Assembly (NCBI GenBank): GCA_016748015.1 | Contig: JAAOMT010000222.1 | Location: 561,924-625,923 of the forward strand | Source of the DNA: Geosiphon pyriformis uo1 | Taxonomy: Eukaryota; Fungi; Glomeromycota | Length of the DNA stretch: 64,000 bases | Reading direction: 5' to 3' | Part shown: piece by piece, positions 51,661 to 61,290 of the stretch | Layout of the letters: every line of letters starts with the position of its first letter | Position numbering within the stretch: position 1 is the stretch's first letter | The notes under the pieces: model-generated | Seen by the model: the letters and a program-made list of their open reading frames with translations, nothing else | Databases searched by the model: none | Told to the model about the DNA's origin: nothing | Translations under genes and position numbers: made by a program

Positions 51661-51723
51661 TACAAAAGCTTAAGTGAAATGTGGACTGATTTGCCCAAAC
51701 AGTAATTGTTACTGCATAATGAA

Positions 51724-52366
51724 TAGGAATGTTAATCGGTTCATTCGGTCCGGTCCCGTCAGTCCCAAGCAGGCCGAGATCCCAGGATTATCCAAAAAGA
51801 TGATCCGAAAATATCACGTGTTTATGACGTGTTTAAAAAATTACGATTTAATTATTTATTTGAAAAACACTAAAAGTAACGCCCACTTTTGTATAGTAAT
51901 ACAAATAAAATTCGGACGTTACTTTCAGTGCCTATTGTACATATATATTGACGAAACTCAAGCTACTTTATTATTATATGTGGGCAACAACAGCATATTC
52001 TTTATTCATCAAAGACACCGAAAAGATCTGCTTTACCGAAGCCAATAGCTATGAGCACCGTGGTTGGTTAATTTCACTTGAGTTATGTTGATTTTCCGAT
52101 TAGTACCTCTTATATTAACAGAAATGTCTTGTAATATGAAAACTCGATAAATATCGCATCGCACTAAAATTATATTGTAATGAAAAAATGGTATGTTCGA
52201 AATTCTTTTTGTCATGTGTTCATCACCAACGCTGAACGTTAATCTTTGTATTACTAAATAATAAGGTGGGACGAACCTATAAAATCCTAAAGTTAGGACC
52301 GGACCGGGATCATCCTGCTAAAGGATCATTCAGGACTCGATCCTTAAGGACCGATTAACATCCCTA
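51724..52366. mobile_element. Non-autonomous hAT-like element (MITE), 643 bp
   Basis: 17-bp TIR with 1 mismatch (taggaatgttaatcggt / accgattaacatcccta), resembling Ac-type TAGGGATG ends. Subterminal cggtcc/ggaccg repeats. No 8-bp TSD visible. Confidence 0.72.
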
Positions 52367-52625
52367 GGCTGTTGATGCATGCAGATCTACAATGTCTTAA
52401 CCAATTAATTAATTCACAAATTTGTTTTGAAAAAGTTAATATCAGCTACTTTCTAAATACTCCTTGCGAAGATTGGGATGGAAAGCTGCCAAACTCACTA
52501 TGGATAAAGCTTCTGTAACAAGAGCAATTGAAAAACAAATACATTATATAATTATTCATGGTTCAGGAAATGAGAAACAGAATGCAATACGTTTCCAGAA
52601 ACAATTCGAGGTATAAAATTTTCTT

Positions 52626-55040
52626 TGGATAGCTTTGTTACATTCATGCAGCTACCCATGGGACTACGTCTCTGCATGGTTATGGACCACGCCTCCGCTG
52701 CAGGCTGTAGCTACCCATGGGACTACGTCTTCACATGGTTATGGACTACGCCTCTGCTACAGCCAGCTTGTAACTTGCTGTTCGATTTTTTGACATGTTC
52801 TTTCTCACTTTGATAAAAATATTTGGGCCGCATTGACAATTTTTGGTTAAATCATTTATCAAATCGTATATATAATCACGTTGAAGACAAAGTGAAAATG
52901 TTGAAGGTAATTCAATATCATTTTTTTAATGTGCTTGAAATATCAGGTAACATTTGTGCTGGTTTATTTTCAATCAGGCGGACCAACATTTAACGATTGC
53001 AACTCAAGTTACTGAACAGGCAAAAATATACATTAAATCTACCACTAAGTATACAGAGATTTTGTACAACGATCAAGCATGGAACCAAGTTAATCTTAAG
53101 TCTTTTCATTTTTTATGTGTTAATCTATTAATCATTTAATATCTTATCAGCACAATTCTTCCAAACAGGAACCAAATAAAGAAGTAATGAAGGGATGTTA
53201 TTTGGATAGCTTTGTTACATTCATGCAGCACCCATGGGACTACGTCTCCGCATGGTTATGGATCGCGCCTCCGCTGCAGGCTGTAGCTACCCATGGGAGT
53301 ACGTCTCCGCATGGTAGGACTGCGCCTCCGCTACAGCCAGCTTGTAACTTGCTGTTCGATATTTTGACATGTTCTTTCTCACTTTGATAAAAATATTTGG
53401 GCCGCATTGACAATTTTTGGTCGAATGATTTATCAAATCAAGCATGGAACCAAGTTAATCTTAGTCTTTTCATTTTTTAATGAAGGGATGTTATTTGAAT
53501 AGCTTTGTTACATTCATGCAGCACCCATGGGACTACGTCTCCGCATGGTTATGGATCGCGCCTCCGCTGCAGGCTGTAGCTACCCATGGGAGTACGTCTC
53601 CGCATGGTAGGACTGCGCCTCCGCTACAGCCAGCTTGTAACTTGCTGTTCGATATTTTGACATGTTCTTTCTCACTTTGATAAAAATATTTGGGCCGCAT
53701 TGACAATTTTTGGTTAAATCATTTATCAAATCGTATATATAATCACGTTGAAGACAGTGAAAATGTTGAAGGTAATGCAATATCATTTTTTTAATGTGCT
53801 TGAAATATCAGGTAACATTTGTGCTGGTTTATTTTCAATCAGGCGGACCAACATTTAACGATTGCAACTCAAGTTACTGAACAGGCAAAAATATACATTA
53901 AATCTACCACTAAGTATACAGAGATTTTGTACAACGATCAAGCATGGAACCAAGTTAATCTTAAGTCTTTTCATTTTTTATGTGTTAATCTATTAATCAT
54001 TTAATATCTTATCAGCACAATTCTTCCAAACAGGAACCAAATAAAGAAGTAATGAAGGGATGTTATTTGNNNNNNNNNNNNNNNNNNNNCAATATCATTT
54101 TTTTAATGTGCTTGAAATATCAGGTAACATTTGTGCTGGTTTATTTTCAATCAGGCGGACCAACATTTAACGATTGCAACTCAAGTTACTGAACAGGCAA
54201 AAATATACATTAAATCTACCACTAAGTATACAGAGATTTTGTACAACGATCAAGCATGGAACCAAGTTAATCTTAAGTCTTTTCATTTTTTATGTGTTAA
54301 TCTATTAATCATTTAATATCTTATCAGCACAATTCTTCCAAACAGGAACCAAATAAAGAAGTAATGAAGGGATGTTATTTGAATAGCTTTGTTACATTCA
54401 TGCAGCACCCATGGGACTACGTCTCCGCATGGTTATGGATCGCGCCTCCGCTGCAGGCTGTAGCTACCCATGGGAGTACGTCTCCGCATGGTAGGACTGC
54501 GCCTCCGCTACAGCCAGCTTGTAACTTGCTGTTCGATATTTTGACATGTTCTTTCTCACTTTGATAAAAATATTTGGGCCCCATTGACAATTTTTGGTCG
54601 AATGATTTATCAAATCAAGCATGGAACCAAGTTAATCTTAGTCTTTTCATTTTTTAATGAAGGGATGTCATTTGAATAGCTTTGTTACATTCATGCAGCT
54701 ACCCATGGGACTACGTCTCCGCATGGTTATGGACCACGCCTCCGCTGCAGGCTGTAGCTACCCATGGGACTACGTCTCCGCATGGTAGGACTGCGCCTCC
54801 GCTACAGCCAGCTTGTAACTTGCTGTTCGATATTTTGACATGTTCTTTCTCACTTTGATAAAAATATTTGGGCCGCATTGACAATTTTTGGTCGAATGAT
54901 TTATCAAATCAAGCATGGAACCAAGTTAATCTTAAGTCTTTTCATTTTTTATGTGTTTACCTATTAATCATTTAATATCTTATCAGGACAATTCTTCCAA
55001 ACAGGAACCAATTAAAGAAACAATTGAAAGTAATGAAGGT
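52626..55040 (+). repeat. Complex tandem array (about 293-bp and 572-bp units forming an 865-bp higher-order repeat) with five copies of a GC-rich 2x59-bp module
   Basis: Identical ORFs recur at 52954/53819/54131 and 53187/53480/54364. Modules at about 52650, 53227, 53520, 54404 and 54697. One N gap lies inside. Confidence 0.92.
54070..54089. other. Assembly gap (20 N) flanked by an exact 292-bp duplication
   Basis: 53778-54069 is repeated at 54090-54381. Confidence 0.95.
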
Positions 55041-57025
55041 ATGTAATTAATGAAAAGCAGAATTAAAAAGTAAATTAACAAAGATTTAATTCATGATATT
55101 GAAATAATAGCTTTGAGACGGAAGAGAGATTACGACGAATTTTTTGATGAGGAACCTGATGAATCATCATCTATTGAAGCTGAGCCACATGATGAATTTG
55201 ATGAAGACAGGTTCTTAAAAGAACTTATTACAATAGAGGTTTGTTTCATCATTCTTGTATTTCCAATTTTTTTTGGGATAGTTTTGAGTTTTCACCAATT
55301 TATCTTCTGACATCATAGGAAGTTACAAATCCGGTTGTTAAAAGGCTTCTGAACTATGGTGAAGGTATTGCGAGATATAAAATAATTTTTTTGCCCGAAG
55401 ATAATAAACAAGGTCCAATAAAGAATCTTCTGACAAGTCAAGAATGGGCAACATCTGAACATGACTGGCAAATGGTTTGTGTTTTTTTTTATTAGCAATA
55501 CAACCAAGAAAGTAATAATATTTACGATGATTTTTCTTTAGGCAGAAGAAAAAATAATTAGCTCTTTTTCAGTAGCGATACCAGCAGACATAGTGAATCT
55601 CTTAATTAAATATGACGAAGCCATCAAAGAACACAATTGGATTTAGTTCAAACGTTAATAAAATATCGTTAGTAATAAATGAAAATCCATTTGAGAAAGG
55701 AAGAACAGAATATCTATTTCAAAGAGACTGGCTTCTTCACTGGGTCCAACTAGTGTATACTTCATTGTAAGGATATTATTATATTAATGGGCTATTTGTT
55801 TTTATATGTTATTATACTAACCTTCACAAATATATGGAAAGCATTACATGTTTTCAGATGCCAATGGATTTTTTTCACGATGCAAGTTTATCCGAATATG
55901 CTTACCGTGATCGTCTAATTAATAAGCTTTGGGAGGATATATTCTTAGATGTTAATCCTGCAATTTACATGCGAACGTAAGTGCCTTGTCTTTGTGCATA
56001 TTCTAAAGAGTCTTATAATACACTGATGCATTTATTACATTTGTAATCAGAGGAGAGGTAGAAAATATTGATCGAAAAGATCAGAAGGATGGTTCAAGAC
56101 CACCAGGACAGAAAAGAGCAATTGGATGGTTCCACTATGCGATCTTAATGGTAAAGTTGGGTTTGGTGAAGTTGTTGGCAATCCATGTAAACATGACGAT
56201 AATAAGTTGAATGAGGACCGAGAAAAGATGCTGAAAGGTAAATCAAAAAAGTGGGGTTTTTGATTTTACCAGTGAAAGTTGTTAAGTCTTTTGTTTTAAT
56301 TTAATTAGCGATGCAACTATCTCTTTACAAGTTGCGAAAATTATTATTAGAAAGAAAAGTTCAGAAGATAAATATTTTAAAAGTTTTTTCCTCTTATTAT
56401 TATACTTTTGATTCTCATTACATACTTTTAATATATTCTGCTCATTGGGTCAATGGTCTTTATTTGGTTAACCAGGTTAATGGTTTTACTATTCCTAACA
56501 CCACAAATCAATTAAATGAACTTTCGAGCATCATTAAAGCAATGCTAGCATTTAAGGTATTATTTATCTTTCTTATTATAGCATATATAAAAATCACTAC
56601 TTTTTTAACTAATGTCTATGTATAGTACCGTATTATAAACCTTACTAATCATATTAAGTCACTTCTGGAACACAGACCTAAGACTTTTGGGTATCGCAAA
56701 GCTATTGATGAATCTGCTGTGGATAGTCACCGGCCAAGAATAAAAAATGAAAACGGATAATAATTAATATGTTGTGATAAAAAAATAACAAAGATATATT
56801 TTTATTGATTTATTTTCTGCATATTATATTTATTTTTTAATTTAAAATTAATCAAAAAATTTTTTTTTAATAAATTAAAAATAATAACTATTTTAAATCA
56901 TAGTTAGTATTGCATATGCGCGTTTAGCATTTGATTGTAACATGTTACAATAATAATAAATAACATAATGGAAATCTTGATGTAATTTAATCGTATGAAT
57001 TAATCATGTGATCCATCCATCAGAA

Positions 57026-57600
57026 TTAAAAAAAATACCACAAGCGGATTTTTCTTAATTTAGTAAATTTAAAGGCAATTGTTTTTACTGAAAAAACATA
57101 CATAGTATTAAAAATTTTGGATATTTGTAAACTAAAGCTAATATACATATACAGAGTTGTGGAATTTTGCTGTACAAGAATCTTCATACAATTGAATTCG
57201 TTGTGGTCGTACACCTGTATGAAAAAATTTCTGCGGTGATAAAATATTATTTTGTAAAATCCTATAATGATATTATTATTATTATTAAGCCGTTAACCCT
57301 ATTACTATTACTATTACTATAATTAACGGATTACCAGGTTGTAACGGGTCATAATTATCAGAAAAAACCCTGATTATCATGTCATACTTATTTAAGTGAT
57401 TTCTAAAAAAAATTTCTTTTATTAAAATGTAATAGTAGTATTGGAAACACAATCATATCTTCAAGCATATGCTGTAGTTAATTCCACAATACATCTTTTA
57501 TTCCGATGGTTAAAGCTTTGAAAGATTACATCATTGAATATAATGAACTTTATAACTTAGATGTCTAAAGTATTGATCATCCAGCAATAAGTTCTGATGG
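57026..57600 (-). pseudogene. Spliced gene fragment, possibly the N-terminal domain of a fungal HNH/CR-type protein
   Basis: A GT..AG intron with (tagtaa)n joins VFSDNYDPLQP to GFYKIIFYH. An upstream stop-interrupted PSELIAG..LYSMM resembles the ..LGGL..FYSM..PLQPG.Y pattern of such N-terminal domains. Confidence 0.35.
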
Positions 57601-58709
57601 AAAATTGTCCTTTTTAATTTTCAATTTATTATTATAATAATAAAAGTATTTCATAAAATATATTACATTTGATTAACCAATAAAAGTTGTCATAAATCAC
57701 AGAATATGTTCGTACAATGTACTAAAAAAATTTTTGTCAACAAAACTTTTTATCTATTTTTAATGTTAACAATTTTAGAAAAACCCACAAAGTAAATATA
57801 AAATTATATATATATAGAGTTATATGTATACAAAAAGTAATAATAAGTATAATAGTTCTAATAAATATCAAAAAACAATTAATTTTTAGAAAAAAGCTGT
57901 AGTTGTAATTTTTTTCAAAAATTTTCAAGAAAAGATTTACAGAATTAAAAAAACTTTTTAAGTTCCTTTTAAATTAGAACAAAACATATTTTTAATAATA
58001 CAACTTAAAGCAATAAATAATAAATCAATAAACATTAGTAAATGTTTTAAGAAGAAAACTAAATCTAATAAAAAAACTTTTTATTATTGAAAAAGAAAAA
58101 ATATCAATAAAATAATCCAATAAATTGTATTTTTACCAGTTAGAATAAGTTATAAATCAATATATAAAGATTTTTTAGTAGGTTAAAAAAAATAACAAAT
58201 TAAAATTCTTAAATTATAATGTATTTAAAAAATTATAAGTTTAAAACCTAATTTGTATAATACTTATTAATATTTTAGAAATAATTTATATTATAATATT
58301 TACTAAGAAAAAAAAACTTAAAAGATTTAAAAAACATTTATTTAAGACAAAATTAAAAAAATTATTATAATAAAAATACCAAATTAATTAAAAAACAAAA
58401 AATTGGTTAACCAAAATTATTTAAAGAGTAAAATATTATATTATAATATTAATATTATTGCTTATTATAATTATGATTAAGCTCAAAATATTTATTTATT
58501 TTATTCTAATTAATAAATAAGTAAAATATATTATCTTAATTTATATAAAGTTTATTTATATAATATTTAAAATAAAACAATAAAAAAATAAATTAATTAT
58601 GTTTTTAATAAATATAAAATTATAGATAAAAGTTTTAATAATATACTTAATATGATTTTTAATAAAATTAAAAGATTAAATAAAAGTAAAAAACATTGAT
58701 GTTATTAAT

Positions 58710-59087
58710 GATGCTGTTACATATTTTCTAGCTTTAAATATGAGTATTGGTGTTAGAGTTTGCAATCTTGTATCTTTTACTATAGCTGAGTTGTAGGCTG
58801 TTGCTTTGTTTTTAAAATATGTTTCATTGTCCTGCTCTTTGGTTTTGCATTTTAACAGTCAAGCTGCTATTAATACATATGTGTCTAAAATATTGTTTAC
58901 TGTGCCAGATTTTTGTAATCAATGCTGAATTAAAAGAATACATATTGTTAATTTAATTAAGAATAAGGATCTCATAATGAGTTGGGTCAAGATTAAGAGT
59001 TATTCTGGAATTTGTAATAATGTAAAAGCAGACATCACTGCAGGTGTGGCTGCTGGCTCTCCTTTTTCTTTGCTAGTAAGAATGTGG
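58710..59087 (+). mobile_element. LINE fragment (RNase H domain), interrupted by Gypsy I
   Basis: AVTYFLALNMSIGVRV..TIAEL*AVAL..FNSQAAI..WVKIKSYSGICNNVKAD, homologous to the RNase H of both other LINEs. Confidence 0.85.
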
Positions 59088-59974
59088 TGTTATAGATGAT
59101 TATTTGGAGTCTCAAATCAAATAACAAATCTGTAACTTGGTGCTTGGTTGGTATTCTGGAGTTGATATCTGAAGGTTTTATGAATCTGAAGGTTTTGTTG
59201 TGGAGTCTTTTGTATAATGGACAGAGATTTAATAGTTGTTTTCAGTAGCCTCCCGGAATTACAATTCCATCAAATTTTTTTCTTAGTATGGTGGCCAGTA
59301 ATCCTTCTAGTAAGCTATTCTCAAATCTATGAGTGTTTTACCTTTGTTTCACAGATCTTTTACCAGTTTCTATGATGTCTGTATCTTAGCGCTTAATCCT
59401 TAATTAATTTAGTAAAACCAAAGAAATAACAAAGAAAAATAAAAGAAAAATAAAAGAAAATAAAGAAATAAATGAAAAGCAATTGCAAGTTAGTATTCTG
59501 TCAATAATTGTAATTAAGAACTATTGTTCTAGTGTGATTAAGTATCAATTTCTATCAACATGAAGTGTTGATAATAAAGAGTAGATTAAGATAGTAAATA
59601 ATTATTTATTAATATTTATGAATGGAAAGTTGCTTAGATCAAATCTAAGCTAAGAGATCTGTCTTTTTTACTTCTAATATTACCACTATATATACATAAT
59701 TTGGGTTCTATAAGATTGCTCACATTCTCAAACAATGTGTTATAATTTCTCAAGCAATGTGCCATATTTTTTTGACATTGTTCCACATTGCTGAGCAATG
59801 TGCCATGATTTCTAACATTGCTCTATATTGTTGAGCAATGTGCCATGATCTCTGACATTGCTCCATATTACTAAACAACATGCTCATGTGCTAACTACTA
59901 CTCACTTATTGGTCTGCTATTTTTCTATATCTGTTTTTTTTTTATGAGTAACATTATTTTCTTTTTTTTTTTTT

Positions 59975-61290
59975 AATATTGAGCTCTGTCAAAATCTTCA
60001 TTTTGAATTAATTCTAATACTTTTTTTTCAAGTATTGTTTGTTTGACTCTGTTTTTTATGTCTTCTACTTATGTATTGTTCATTTTTCTCTATTAGTTAA
60101 TAGTTATAGTTTCTATGTCAGAGTGTAACAGTATTTTTGGATAGTTCTAAAATATGTTGTGTAGTCAGTACATTGTTCTAACATGTAGTATTGAATTCAT
60201 TTTCTTTTCAATAAATTCTTCAATTTGTTGTATTATGTCTTGGTTGAATATTCTCTTAGATTTGTTAATATATAATTCCTGAATATTCAACTTTTGACCT
60301 AATTGGTAGTAGCAATATAATATTGGAAGTCGTTCTGTCTATTGTTTCCAATTCTCTTTTGTAAGTTTTTCTGTTAGTGCCATAATAGGTATTTTCTTAA
60401 AAGTGTTTTTTACTTTTTCTATTATGTTATCCAACCAGTTTTTATTATTCTTTGGTAACCATTAATATAGTGTATTTTTTGTTTTTCTTTTGGTGTTTCA
60501 ATAGCAAATTGTTTGGTTGTTAATAATAATTTCCATGTCTAACTGTTGTTTACTTAAGGCCTGGAACAATTGTTGGGCTATAGTGTGAATATAATCTGGT
60601 ATTTCCATTTTCTTGGTTGCTTTTGTCACGTGTACTGTGTTTTTATATACTTTTTTGGTTGTTCANNNNNNNNNNNNNNNNNNNNAGTATTGTTTGTTTG
60701 ACTCTGTTTTTTATGTCTTCTACTTATGTATTGTTCATTTTTCTCTATTAGTTAATAGTTATAGTTTCTATGTCAGAGTGTAACAGTATTTTTGGATAGT
60801 TCTAAAATATGTTGTGTAGTCAGTACATTGTTCTAACATGTAGTATTGAATTCATTTTCTTTTCAATAAATTCTTCAATTTGTTGTATTATGTCTTGGTT
60901 GAATATTCTCTTAGATTTGTTAATATATAATTCCTGAATATTCAACTTTTGACCTAATTGGTAGTAGCAATATAATATTGGAAGTCGTTCTGTCTATTGT
61001 TTCCAATTCTCTTTTGTAAGTTTTTCTGTTAGTGCCATAATAGGTATTTTCTTAAAAGTGTTTTTTACTTTTTCTATTATGTTATCCAACCAGTTTTTAT
61101 TATTCTTTGGTAACCATTAATATAGTGTATTTTTTGTTTTTCTTTTGGTGTTTCAATAGCAAATTGTTTGGTTGTTAATAATAATTTCCATGTCTAACTG
61201 TTGTTTACTTAAGGCCTGGAACAATTGTTGGGCTATAGTGTGAATATAATCTGGTATTTCCATTTTCTTGGTTGCTTTTGTCACGTGTAC
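59975..61290 (-). pseudogene. Accessory ORF3 of Gypsy I (about 225 codons; appears doubled by the gap artefact)
   Basis: MEIPDYIHTIAQQLFQALSKQQLDMEIIINNQTI..LYCYYQLGQKLNIQELYI..MY*LHNIF*NYPKILL..FDRAQY*, ending at the PPT. Confidence 0.78.
60666..60685. other. Assembly gap (20 N) flanked by an exact 635-bp duplication
   Basis: 60031-60665 is repeated at 60686-61320. Confidence 0.95.

Larger units (their letters stand above)
52392..56760 (+). pseudogene. Multi-exon fungal gene with a C-terminal PD-(D/E)xK-like (CR-effector REase-type) domain; frameshifted and internally amplified
   Basis: Chain of exons bounded by GT..AG introns: YFLNTPCEDWD.., GRIDNFW.., ADQHLTIATQ.., DNSSKQEP.., LRRKRDYDEF.., ..DWLLHWVQLVY, LSEYAYRDRLINKLWEDIF, GEVENIDRK..GWFH.AIL..VGFGEVVGN..DREKMLKAMQLSL, ..FTIPNT..L..IIKAMLAFK, last exon 56626-56760. 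Several frameshifts. Family assignment comes from motif recall only. Confidence 0.68.

Noticed and set aside
51674-52215. 124-aa and 60-aa ORFs as genes or transposase
   Set aside because: The 124-aa ORF crosses the MITE boundary and starts at GTG. Neither shows hAT or other recognisable motifs.
53187-53387. Repeated 66-aa peptide precursor (RiPP/KEP-like) ORFs
   Set aside because: No signal peptide or dibasic sites, the 59-bp subunit breaks frame, and the region is intronic with respect to the spliced gene.
53778-54381. Additional array unit
   Set aside because: An exact 292-bp repeat on either side of the N gap, treated as an assembly overlap.
54712-54770. HDV-like ribozyme (GCATGGT..CCAcGCCTCCGCTG..GGC..ATGGGAC superficially resembles the HDV genomic ribozyme)
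   Set aside because: P3 can form, but P2 pairs poorly, P1 needs a bulge, and the P1.1 GG and the J4/2 C-R-A catalytic strand are missing.
52626-55040. CRISPR-like repeat/spacer array
   Set aside because: The sequences between the GC-rich modules are themselves repeated gene exons and introns, not unique spacers. There are no cas genes and the context is eukaryotic.
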